A stretch of DNA of 29,562 nt, from positions 1-29,562 of IMG/VR virus record IMGVR_UViG_3300047308_000080; one strand, written 5' to 3'. Both the position numbers and the translations under genes were made by a program. Below are positions 1 to 8,461 of this stretch, piece after piece (position 1 is the first letter of the stretch; every line of letters begins with the position of its first letter). The notes under the pieces are model-generated. The model made no database searches, had not been told where the DNA came from, and worked only from the letters and a program-made list of their open reading frames with translations. The DNA comes from a virus (Duplodnaviria > Caudoviricetes).

Positions 1-2
1 AT

Positions 3-1022
3 GAAGTTGCTGTTTACACTTGGGCCAAGCTCAAGGATGGACAGTGGCGATGGAGACAAGAAGTAGAAGGGAAGATTCTTCCTGACTCCTTTGGTAAGGC
101 TCCAAAGAATACAACCCCTTGGCTTCCGCTCCGCTTTAATGTTGTGGATGGGGAAGACTATGGACGGGGACGGATTGAGGAGTACCTCGGTGATCTGAAG
201 TCCCTTGAGGGGTTGATGCAAGCAATGGTGGAAGGTTCTGCTGCTGCTGCTAAGGTTGTGTTCCTCGTGAGCCCAGCCGCTACGGTGAAGCCCAGTACGC
301 TTGCTAAGGCAGGCAATGGGGCAATCATTCAGGGACGTGCGGAGGATGTGACTGCTGTTCAAGTGAGCAAGCAGGCAGACTTTTCCTCTGCGTACCAGAT
401 GATCCAATCGTTGACGCAGCGGCTGTCGGAAGCATTCCTGATCCTTTCTGTCCGTCAAAGCGAACGTACCACCGCCGAGGAGATCCGCGCTACCCAGCAG
501 GAACTCAACGAGCAGCTTGGTGGTATCTATGGTAATCTGACGGTGGAACTCGTTCGCCCGTACCTCCAACGGAAACTCTTCACCCTTCAACGTTCTAAGG
601 AACTACCCCAACTACCAAAGGGAATTGTCTTCCCAACCATCATTGCTGGCCTTGAGGGCATTGGACGTGGGCAAGATCGTGAATCACTCATGATGTTCCT
701 TCAAACAATCTCACAAGCCCTTGGTCCAGAAGCAATGGCCCAATACATTGATCCAGAGGAAGCAGTTAAGCGACTTGCTGCTGCCCAAGGGATTGATACC
801 CTTAAGCTGGTCAAGACCGCAGACATGCGTCAACAAGAACAGCAAAAGGCCGCACAGCTTAACATGACTACCAGTCTTGTTGGGCAAGCCGGACAACTGG
901 CTAAGGCTCCTATGATGGATCCAACCAAAAACCCTGATTCTATCGAAGCACTTCAAAATGTCGTCAATTCAGCCTCGCAAGCAACCGGACAAGGCCAACC
1001 CCAGCCAGCCCCCCAGCAATGA
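3..1022 (+). CDS. Portal (head-tail connector), T7 gp8-like; 5' end outside window
   Basis: Frame open from base 3 (EVAVYTW...PWLPLRFNVVDGEDYGRGRIEEYLGDLKSL); motifs R-x-SERTTAEEIR and GLEGIGRGQD typical of T7-like portals; precedes scaffold and capsid. Confidence 0.95.
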   Translation, partial: EVAVYTWAKLKDGQWRWRQEVEGKILPDSFGKAPKNTTPWLPLRFNVVDGEDYGRGRIEEYLGDLKSLEGLMQAMVEGSAAAAKVVFLVSPAATVKPSTLAKAGNGAIIQGRAEDVTAVQVSKQADFSSAYQMIQSLTQRLSEAFLILSVRQSERTTAEEIRATQQELNEQLGGIYGNLTVELVRPYLQRKLFTLQRSKELPQLPKGIVFPTIIAGLEGIGRGQDRESLMMFLQTISQALGPEAMAQYIDPEEAVKRLAAAQGIDTLKLVKTADMRQQEQQKAAQLNMTTSLVGQAGQLAKAPMMDPTKNPDSIEALQNVVNSASQATGQGQPQPAPQQ

Positions 1023-1125
1023 GGAACAGGCTCCGGTAAAGCTGACCCCCAAGGAGCAATTTAAGTATGGTGATGTGAAAGTCACTTCTCCTGGTGTTGG
1101 CCGCGTTTCCATTGTTATCCACTAA
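958..1125 (+). CDS. Small hypothetical protein (55 aa) overlapping the portal 3' end
   Basis: Hand-translated MSSIQPRKQPDKAN...KYGDVKVTSPGVGRVSIVIH*; fills the portal-scaffold gap and stops 3 nt before the scaffold ATG. Confidence 0.55.
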   Translation: MSSIQPRKQPDKANPSQPPSNEEQAPVKLTPKEQFKYGDVKVTSPGVGRVSIVIH

Positions 1126-1128
1126 ACC

Positions 1129-1986
1129 ATGTCTGAAATTGTTTTTGATGCCACTGATCCAGACGTTACTTCTGCTCGGGAAACCGAAGAACTACGCCTT
1201 ATCGAACAGGGCAACCAGCTAATCGAAAAGCAGGAAGCTGAGGTCGAAGAAAAGTATCGCCGCAGTGAACTTGAAGCCCAAGAACATAGTCAGTATGCTG
1301 GTAAATTCAAATCAGCAGAAGACCTTGAAAAGGCATACCTAGAACTTCAAAAGAAACTAGGTAAGAAAGAAACCGATGAGTCCTCTCCGACAGATGAAAA
1401 CGAGAGCGATGACTCCGATGGAACCGAGGAGACTTCCCAAGACGAAGAGTCCCCAGTAACCAAACGTGTCAGCTTCCTCAAGGAGGCATCAGAGGAGTAC
1501 TACTCTAATGATAATCAACTTAAGCCGGAAACAATTGAGAAGCTTAAGGAGATGCCTTCGGAAGATCTCATCGAGGCATACATGGAATGGCAAAAAGGTA
1601 ACCCTACTGTTCAATCGCAGCCCCTCTCTGATGAAGCTGCAAAGGACATTGTTGCTTCTGTCGGGGGACAGGATGCTTATAACGACACCCTAGCGTGGGC
1701 AGCCGATAACCTCAAACCTGAGGAAGTTGCTGCTTATGATAACGTTGTTAACAGCGGCAATAAGGATGCTATCTTCTTTGCTGTTCAAGCCCTCAACCAA
1801 CGTTATAAGGATTCCGTAGGGTTTGAAGGTCAACGAATTTCGGGCAAAGCACCAAAGGCAACGGTTAAGGGTTTCCGTTCTAATGCTGAACTAGCTGCTG
1901 CTATCAGTGATCGGCGGTATCGCACTGACCCTGCTTATCGGTTTGATGTCGAACAAAAACTCGCTAGTTCTGGCGACTTGCTCTAA
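1129..1986 (+). CDS. Capsid assembly scaffolding protein, T7 gp9-like
   Basis: Acidic; YAGKFKSAEDLEKAYLELQKKLG, VGGQDAY, and C-terminal AISDRRYRTDPAYRFDVEQKL motifs; position between portal and capsid. Confidence 0.93.
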   Translation: MSEIVFDATDPDVTSARETEELRLIEQGNQLIEKQEAEVEEKYRRSELEAQEHSQYAGKFKSAEDLEKAYLELQKKLGKKETDESSPTDENESDDSDGTEETSQDEESPVTKRVSFLKEASEEYYSNDNQLKPETIEKLKEMPSEDLIEAYMEWQKGNPTVQSQPLSDEAAKDIVASVGGQDAYNDTLAWAADNLKPEEVAAYDNVVNSGNKDAIFFAVQALNQRYKDSVGFEGQRISGKAPKATVKGFRSNAELAAAISDRRYRTDPAYRFDVEQKLASSGDLL

Positions 1987-2002
1987 TAAGGAGTTCTCAC
2001 AA

Positions 2003-2221
2003 ATGGCAACACGCAAACCCAAATTGGCTCAATCATATGACCTCAATGAGCCATACATTCCTGGTAGGCAAAACTACAAAGGCATTCCTAATGCCACTCC
2101 AGAAATGTTGAGGAAACTGCAACAAAAGAAGATTAAAAATCCAAACGGTAAAGAAACCCTTCCTCCACTTGCAAAGGGCGCAGCTAAAAAGTCGCCCAAG
2201 GGACGTAGTAAGACTGCCTAA
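2003..2221 (+). CDS. Small basic hypothetical protein (72 aa)
   Basis: AAGGAG upstream of ATG 2003; MATRKPK...KKSPKGRSKTA, Lys-rich. Confidence 0.65.
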   Translation: MATRKPKLAQSYDLNEPYIPGRQNYKGIPNATPEMLRKLQQKKIKNPNGKETLPPLAKGAAKKSPKGRSKTA

Positions 2222-2273
2222 GGATTAACATGGTTGTGTTGTAAGCAATATAAAAGTTCTTTGCAATTAACTC

Positions 2274-2570
2274 ATGCTACCTGTTCTAACTACTCTGTCT
2301 GTTATCAGCTCTTGGTATGGTCCTGGCTTCCACGGAAACCTAACTGCCAATGGCGAACGATATAATCAAAACGGCCTTACGGCAGCGCACAAGACACTAC
2401 CCTTTGGAACACGCCTTCGTGTGTGCTTCGATAGGTGTGCCGTTGTTCGGGTCAATGATCGGGGTCCCTACGCTCATGGTAGGAGTCTTGATCTAAGTAA
2501 AGGTGCGGCTGACAAGATCGGTCTAACCGGCTCTGGAGTTGGTAGAGTATCTATTACTCGCCTTAATTGA
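2274..2570 (+). CDS. RlpA-like double-psi beta-barrel lytic transglycosylase domain protein
   Basis: SWYGPGFHG-x-LTANGERY, TAAHKTLPFGT, VRVNDRGPY, LDLSKGAA are the RlpA DPBB motifs. Confidence 0.92.
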   Translation: MLPVLTTLSVISSWYGPGFHGNLTANGERYNQNGLTAAHKTLPFGTRLRVCFDRCAVVRVNDRGPYAHGRSLDLSKGAADKIGLTGSGVGRVSITRLN

Positions 2571-2581
2571 ACTTTTGGATT

Positions 2582-2614
2582 GGGGGCACCTCGGAGTAGG
2601 ACCCCCTTTTCTTT
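2582..2614 (+). terminator. Intrinsic terminator-like hairpin
   Basis: GGGGG-ca-CCT-cggagt-AGG-a-CCCCC followed by TTTTCTTT, just after the RlpA-like stop. Confidence 0.55.
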
Positions 2615-2652
2615 GTGGAACTGGCCACGTTAAAAATCCAGCCTAGGCTGTA

Positions 2653-2681
2653 TCAAGGCCCATTGCGATGGACACCCTTGA
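2653..2681 (+). promoter_or_regulatory. Capsid leader stem-loop with TGCG loop
   Basis: TCAAGG/CCTTGA outer stem, CCAT-TGCG-ATGG inner hairpin, ~80 nt before the capsid ATG. Confidence 0.45.
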
Positions 2682-2762
2682 CATATAGCAATTGCATACT
2701 TTTAATACGCGTAACTCCTAGATCTAGGGAACTGATTACTTTTATTCATTCCCAACAAACAA

Positions 2763-3773
2763 ATGACTGCTTCAGTAACTTATCTTGGCGCCAGTAATAA
2801 GGTCACTACAACCTATGCTGACCGTACTGCGCTATTCCTCAAGCTGTTTACCGGCGAAGTCTACGAGGCTTTCCGTAACAGCACTATCGCTAAGGATCTG
2901 GTGATGAACCGGACCCTCCGTGGTGGTAAGCAAGCTCAATTCATTCACACTGGCCGCATCCAAGCCGGTTATCGTGTGCCTGGTACGGCTATCCTCGGTT
3001 CGGGCAACCCCCCGGCAGCCGAAACCACCATCGCGCTGGATGACCTGCTGGTGGCATCTGCCTTTGTGGATAATCTTGATGAGATCATGAGTCAGTATGA
3101 CATTCGTGGTCCTATCGCCCGTCAGATCGGTCAAAGCCTGGCTGAGTTCTATGATCGCCGTATCTTCCGCGTTCTGGATCGTGCCTCGTCTGCGACTGCT
3201 GCTGTGACCGGCGAACCTGGTGGTTTCCAAATCAACCTCGGTGCCAACAAAGAGTATGACGCTCAGGCCCTGGTGGATGGTTTCTTTGAAGCTGCTGCCC
3301 GTCTTGACGAAGTGGCTGCTCCTAAGGATGGCCGCGTGGCTGTGCTGAGCCCCCGTCAATACTACGCCCTGATCTCTCAGGTTGATACCAACATCCTTAA
3401 CCGTGAGTACGGTGCTGCCGGTGGTAGCCTGAACAGCGGTGATGGTCTTTATGAGATCGCTGGTATCTCCATCAAGAAGTCCAACAACATCCCCTTCCTT
3501 GGGAAGTATGGTTCGGCTTCTGGCGCTGCTATTGATGGCTCTGCCGTGGTTGGTGAGAACAACCCCTATGGTATTGCTACTAACTTCACCAATAGCTGCG
3601 GTTTGATCTTCCACCGTGACGCTGCTGGCGTTGTTGAGGCTATTGGCCCCTCCGTGCAAACCACTGGTGCTGACACCAAGGTGATCTACCAAGGCGATGT
3701 GATCGTGGGCCGTCTGGCCTATGGTTGCGGTGCTGTGCGCGTCGGCGTTGCCGGTGCTTTCCGGAATACCTGA
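2763..3773 (+). CDS. Major capsid protein, T7 gp10-like
   Basis: ALFLKLFTGEV, RTLRGGKQAQF, DDLLVASAFV, YDIRGPIARQIGQSLA motifs; strongly biased codon use. Confidence 0.97.
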   Translation: MTASVTYLGASNKVTTTYADRTALFLKLFTGEVYEAFRNSTIAKDLVMNRTLRGGKQAQFIHTGRIQAGYRVPGTAILGSGNPPAAETTIALDDLLVASAFVDNLDEIMSQYDIRGPIARQIGQSLAEFYDRRIFRVLDRASSATAAVTGEPGGFQINLGANKEYDAQALVDGFFEAAARLDEVAAPKDGRVAVLSPRQYYALISQVDTNILNREYGAAGGSLNSGDGLYEIAGISIKKSNNIPFLGKYGSASGAAIDGSAVVGENNPYGIATNFTNSCGLIFHRDAAGVVEAIGPSVQTTGADTKVIYQGDVIVGRLAYGCGAVRVGVAGAFRNT

Positions 3774-3790
3774 TCCTTTCTTTTAATATT

Positions 3791-3825
3791 GGGGCTGGCT
3801 ATTAAAGCTAAGCCCCTTTCCCTTT
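3791..3825 (+). terminator. Terminator after capsid gene (position equivalent to T7 Tphi)
   Basis: GGGGCT-GGCT-attaa-AGCT-a-AGCCCC then TTTCCCTTT. Confidence 0.75.
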
Positions 3826-3843
3826 AATTACCTGTCCCGAACA

Positions 3844-4443
3844 ATGTCAACACAACTCCAAGCCATTAACAAAATGTTGACGGCCATCGGACAGGCTCCG
3901 GTGGTATCGCTCGACATCGCCAACCCAGAAATCTCTGCCGCTCTATCTATTCTTGATTCTGTTAATCGGGAAGTTCAGGGGGAAGGGTGGCACTTTAACA
4001 CAGAAGTGAAATTCCCGTTCACCCCTAACGCCAACGATGAAATTGTTATTCCCGATAACGTTCTCCAATTGTCAGACAACAAATACGAGAATGTTCAACA
4101 ATATCAAACCGTGATTAGAGACGGCAAACTCTACGACAAGATCAGCCATAGCTACACCGCTTGGACCACAAGTCCTGTTATTTGTGATGTGGTGTGGTTG
4201 TTCCCCTTTGAGGATCTTCCTCAGGTGTTTAAGGATTACATCACCCAACGTGCTGCTCGTGTCTTTGCGGGAAGTGTTGTTGGGTCTAAAGAAATGTTCC
4301 AGTTTAACCAGCAGGATGAGGGAATGCTGCGGGCTAACTGTATCGCTTATGATACTAACACCTCTGAAGTTAATATCTTTGGTGTGGAGACTGGTCAGAA
4401 CTTCTACATTTCTTATACGCCCTTCCGCACGATTGCACGATAA
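3844..4443 (+). CDS. Tail tubular protein A (adaptor), T7 gp11-like
   Basis: AINKMLTAIGQAPV, VQGEGWHFNTE, FEDLPQVFKDYITQRAARVF; follows capsid. Confidence 0.94.
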   Translation: MSTQLQAINKMLTAIGQAPVVSLDIANPEISAALSILDSVNREVQGEGWHFNTEVKFPFTPNANDEIVIPDNVLQLSDNKYENVQQYQTVIRDGKLYDKISHSYTAWTTSPVICDVVWLFPFEDLPQVFKDYITQRAARVFAGSVVGSKEMFQFNQQDEGMLRANCIAYDTNTSEVNIFGVETGQNFYISYTPFRTIAR

Positions 4444-7385
4444 TGGCAGCCATCTCTCAAAAAATTACCAATATCATTGGTGGTGTTTCTCAACAACCTG
4501 ATACTATTAAGGTTGGCAATCAACTGCGTATTTGCGATAATTATTATCCAGACGTGGCTACTGGTTTGACAAAGCGACCAGGCCTTAGGGGCATTAGTAA
4601 ACTGGCTAATGCTGTTGCTGATGGTACTTGGTTCAGCATCTTTCGAGATGATGATGAGAAGTATATTGTTCAGTTTAGCAAAGCCGGAGCCCTTAAGATT
4701 TGGAGTGCTAATAATGGTGCTCAACAGACTGTTAATGCTGTAGCAGCAGAATCAACTGCGTATGCGGTTCATACAAATTCAGCAGACCTCCAAACCCTTC
4801 AAATCAATGATTACATCTTTGTTCTTAATCGAAAAGTTGTAGTTAAACAAGGAGTTAATACAAGCGCCGCTTATTCACCGTTTGGTTTTGTAAACATCAA
4901 CACGGTTGCCTTCAATACTGATTATACAATTACTATTGATTCAACCACCTTTTCTCATACAACACCAAGTAACGCCAGTGGTGCTACGCAGAATAGTGTT
5001 CAAACCATTATCACTGCTCTTGTTACATCTATCAACGCCAACGTTAATTATGTAGCACAAGGTATTGGTAATACTATTTTCATTCGTCGTGCCAATAATG
5101 CTGACTTTGCCCTAAAGGCTACAGGCGGTACTGCTGGATCTGCTGTTGAAGCATTTAAGGAGACTGTTACGGCAGTAGCTCAATTGCCGCGTGAGTTCCT
5201 TTCTGGTAGACGTATTAAGGTTGAGGGTAGTGCTGAAAGTACGGCTGATGAGTATTGGGTAGAGTTTATTCCATCAACAGCAGGACAAACAAGTGGTGCT
5301 GGACATTGGGAAGAAACCATTGCGCCAAGTACTATTACTGATTTAGATGAGGAGACGATGCCTCATGTGATTATCAGGGAAGCTAATGGCACCTTTACTT
5401 ACCGTCAACTTGATGCTGCGTCTGCTGCTGCGTCTACTGGTACTACAAGCGTTACTGGTATTGTAACCGCTATTGCTGTTAGCGGAGCAACAAGCGGCGG
5501 TCACGTTGTTGGGGAACAGTTTTCCGCACGAGGAGGCACTGGTTCTAACCTCAGGCTTCAAGTGGATAAAGTTCAATCATTGGTAAATGCTACCACGACT
5601 GCTGCTAACTCCAATACTTATTTTCGGCAGGAAACTACAAGAATTTTTTCTGGGAATAGGTATGTAGCTTCACAAACGCAATACTTTTTGTATATAAACG
5701 GAGTTTTGCAAGGCACAGCATCTACTCCCTCCTTAACAGTTGGTGCTACTGTTTACACAGTAAATGGCACTTTTCAAACCATTAGCAACGAACTGAGGGC
5801 TGGTGTTACAATAACAACCACAACAACTGGTATTATTGCTGCCATTAGTATTGTTCAACCTGGTCAAGGGTATACCGCTACCAACCTTGTTCAAAACGAT
5901 GCTGGTGATGCCTTTACCATTACCTCCGTCAATACGGCACCACTAGAAGGTGATGCAAGCCGCCTTAAATACTGGAAGCCTCGTAACGTAGGAGATAGTA
6001 CTACCAATCCAATGCCTTCATTTGTAGGCTTTCCAGTTGATACTATTTCTTTTTATAAGAATCGTATTGTATTCTCTTCTCGTCAGAATGTTATTTGTTC
6101 ACAAGCAGGAGATTACTTTAACTTCTTTGCTAGTACGGTAGTTACTCTTGTTGATAGCGATCCAATTGATCTTGGTGCCAGCAGTCTTAAACCAATTCGA
6201 TTAAAGTACGCTATTCCTGCTCAAAGCGGTTTGCTGTTGTTTGGTGATAACGCTCAGTATATCATGACAACAACAACTGAAGCCTTCTCTCCTAAGACTG
6301 CTGAAATTAACCCGCTTTCTTCTTTTGATCAAACAGATAGAATTGCTCCTATTGATATTGGAACAAGTTATCTATTTCTACAAGAAGGTGACAAGGCTTC
6401 GTCAATCTTTGAGATGGCACCAAATGGTACGGATAAACCAGATGTCATTGAGTTAACCAGGATTATTCCCACTTATATTCCTGCTGCTGTTTATGACATG
6501 AAGGTTTCTGTGTCGGCAGGAACTGTGGCCCTTCTCAGCAAACAAGAACCCAGTTACATGTACCTTTATCGGTACTTCCAAAATGGGGACAATAGGATTG
6601 CGGGTTGGTTCCGGTGGAATCTTCCTGGTACGATTGAGATGGTTGATTTTGATCAGGACATCATGTATGTTGTTACCAAACACGGCAGCAACTATGTCCT
6701 TAGTACGGTGTCTTTGGTTACCGATACTCCTAGTCAATCGCTTTTGTTTGAGGGGCAGTACCTTGATGTACGGTTGGATCTCTTTGATTATAACCCCACA
6801 ATTGTTTATAATTCAGGAACAAATCTGACTCGTATCTGCTTTAAGGATGGGTTAGAGGATACAAGTCTACAACCCGTATTGATGTTCCTTAATCCGGATA
6901 TTGCTGGATACTTTGAAGAGCAAACCCTTCAATATGATGCCGCAGCCGCCACCGGGCAAAAGTATTTCCTTACTGTTGAGGGGAATCAAACAACCTCTAA
7001 GTTTGCTATTGGGTATAAGTATGAAGCCCTTGCACAATTACCTGCCTTTTACTTTGTGAAGGATCCTGGTAGTGGAATGAAGGACACTGTTAACATCCCT
7101 AGGGTTAGTCGAATCAAAGTTAATAGTTATAACTCTGGTCCGTATCGAGCAGTTGTTCGATCTGATGGTAGGGATGATTTTGAATTGGAACTTCCACAGA
7201 TCAATGCTAATAACTATTTAGCAAATAACATTCCCATTATTCGGAATGCTCAAAGTACTATTCCAGTATTGGCTAAGGGTGATCAATTTGAATTTGAATT
7301 GATTGCTGATAGTCCATTTCCAACAGCCTTTACTTCCCTTGATTGGGAAGGTACCTACAACAACAAAGGCGTTCAGTCCCTTTAA
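4443..7385 (+). CDS. Tail tubular protein B (nozzle), T7 gp12-like
   Basis: IIGGVSQQPD, GLTKRPG, WEETIAP, TMPH, VGDSTTNPMPSFVG, FYKNRIVF, DSDPID, C-terminal WEGTY. Confidence 0.94.
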   Translation: MAAISQKITNIIGGVSQQPDTIKVGNQLRICDNYYPDVATGLTKRPGLRGISKLANAVADGTWFSIFRDDDEKYIVQFSKAGALKIWSANNGAQQTVNAVAAESTAYAVHTNSADLQTLQINDYIFVLNRKVVVKQGVNTSAAYSPFGFVNINTVAFNTDYTITIDSTTFSHTTPSNASGATQNSVQTIITALVTSINANVNYVAQGIGNTIFIRRANNADFALKATGGTAGSAVEAFKETVTAVAQLPREFLSGRRIKVEGSAESTADEYWVEFIPSTAGQTSGAGHWEETIAPSTITDLDEETMPHVIIREANGTFTYRQLDAASAAASTGTTSVTGIVTAIAVSGATSGGHVVGEQFSARGGTGSNLRLQVDKVQSLVNATTTAANSNTYFRQETTRIFSGNRYVASQTQYFLYINGVLQGTASTPSLTVGATVYTVNGTFQTISNELRAGVTITTTTTGIIAAISIVQPGQGYTATNLVQNDAGDAFTITSVNTAPLEGDASRLKYWKPRNVGDSTTNPMPSFVGFPVDTISFYKNRIVFSSRQNVICSQAGDYFNFFASTVVTLVDSDPIDLGASSLKPIRLKYAIPAQSGLLLFGDNAQYIMTTTTEAFSPKTAEINPLSSFDQTDRIAPIDIGTSYLFLQEGDKASSIFEMAPNGTDKPDVIELTRIIPTYIPAAVYDMKVSVSAGTVALLSKQEPSYMYLYRYFQNGDNRIAGWFRWNLPGTIEMVDFDQDIMYVVTKHGSNYVLSTVSLVTDTPSQSLLFEGQYLDVRLDLFDYNPTIVYNSGTNLTRICFKDGLEDTSLQPVLMFLNPDIAGYFEEQTLQYDAAAATGQKYFLTVEGNQTTSKFAIGYKYEALAQLPAFYFVKDPGSGMKDTVNIPRVSRIKVNSYNSGPYRAVVRSDGRDDFELELPQINANNYLANNIPIIRNAQSTIPVLAKGDQFEFELIADSPFPTAFTSLDWEGTYNNKGVQSL

Positions 7386-7388
7386 CCA

Positions 7389-7859
7389 ATGACCTTTCCG
7401 TTAATCCACCCGGCAAGCCGCTCAGACGCAATCTGGGTGGCTCAGCACCTACAAGAAGATGATCGAAGGGAACTTCAAGGATTAGGCCACAAAATTATGG
7501 AGGCCACTCTTTGTCTTTCCCTTGATCTTTCGGATAATCCGGTAACCTTTCGGAACCCACTCGGAGAGATCTGCGGGGTAGCGGGGGTATCCAGAACAGA
7601 TGCCCATTGCGGAGCCATATGGATGCTTACGACTCCACATGTCCGACCGTACCCAAAACTATTTTTTAAGGAGGCTAAGAAATGGGTCGAACAACAAACC
7701 TCCTATGAGATGTTACATAACATTGCTGATCCAAGGAACAAACTACATATGAAACTCCTTCATATGCTTGGGTTTAAAAAGCTTATGTATGTTACCACTC
7801 AAACCAATCTTACTTATGTTGAATTTGCTAAATTAACAAAATCATGTGTGACGCCGTAG
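7389..7859 (+). CDS. T7 gp13-like protein (internal virion protein A position, probable GNAT-like fold)
   Basis: HLQEDDRRE, GAIWMLTT, LHNIADPRNKLHMKLLHMLGF pattern; synteny after nozzle. Confidence 0.8.
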   Translation: MTFPLIHPASRSDAIWVAQHLQEDDRRELQGLGHKIMEATLCLSLDLSDNPVTFRNPLGEICGVAGVSRTDAHCGAIWMLTTPHVRPYPKLFFKEAKKWVEQQTSYEMLHNIADPRNKLHMKLLHMLGFKKLMYVTTQTNLTYVEFAKLTKSCVTP

Positions 7860-8461
7860 TTATTGGGGTTGCAACGGGCTTGATGAGCGCCGTTCAATCC
7901 ATTGCTGGTTATCAAGCTCAAAGTCAAGCAGCTCGTGCTTCGGAACGTGCCTATCAAGAACAACGTAACCTTAATGCTGAAGCTGCCAATCGGGCTTATC
8001 AACAACAACAACTTAAGATGAAGGGTGAGATGGATAAGGCATCTCAAACAGCTCAGGAGGGCCTCGTCAGGCGGCTTCAGGCACAAGGTACCACATTGGC
8101 TGCTGGACGTACTGGACAGTCAATTGGAGGCCTCCTGGCTGATGCTGAGAGGGTTGAGGGTAAGGATCTTGCGACGCTTGGCATGAACCTTGCTTATGCT
8201 CAACAGGACTACTTCTTTGGCATGGAGAACATCTACCAACAACAGAACGCTGCTAATATCTCTGCTGCGTCTCAACGGGTCGGTAAACCTAGTGCTGCTG
8301 GATTGGCCCTCGGGTTGGCGGGTTCTGCTCTTTCTGGTGTTTCTGCCTACGCTGATGCTAAAGGGCCAGGAGCTTTTAATAAAGATAAACCAAAAGATCA
8401 GCCCAAACCTCCTACTAACCCCCCCCCCCTCCTCCTAAACCCGTTTGATAACAATGGCTAG
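7844..8461 (+). CDS. Internal virion protein, T7 gp14-like
   Basis: MC start, hydrophobic N-terminus, Gln/Ala-rich helical body, GRTGQSI; synteny. Confidence 0.8.
   Translation: MCDAVVIGVATGLMSAVQSIAGYQAQSQAARASERAYQEQRNLNAEAANRAYQQQQLKMKGEMDKASQTAQEGLVRRLQAQGTTLAAGRTGQSIGGLLADAERVEGKDLATLGMNLAYAQQDYFFGMENIYQQQNAANISAASQRVGKPSAAGLALGLAGSALSGVSAYADAKGPGAFNKDKPKDQPKPPTNPPPLLLNPFDNNG

Noticed and set aside
2678-2706. TTGACA-N17-TTTAAT sigma70-like promoter before the capsid gene
   Set aside because: The -10 lacks the key second-position A and the -35 is part of a hairpin arm; not called without TSS data.
2703-2730. TAATACG...TAGGGA resemblance to the T7 promoter
   Set aside because: Spacing and core differ from TAATACGACTCACTATAGGG; no second copy seen.
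2832-3692. 286-aa antisense ORF within the capsid gene
   Set aside because: Explained by the codon bias of a highly expressed gene; no recognisable motifs, and all credible genes are on the + strand.
3740-3843. T7 10A/10B-type capsid frameshift extension
   Set aside because: No clear slippery site, and a terminator and the next gene follow within ~70 nt.
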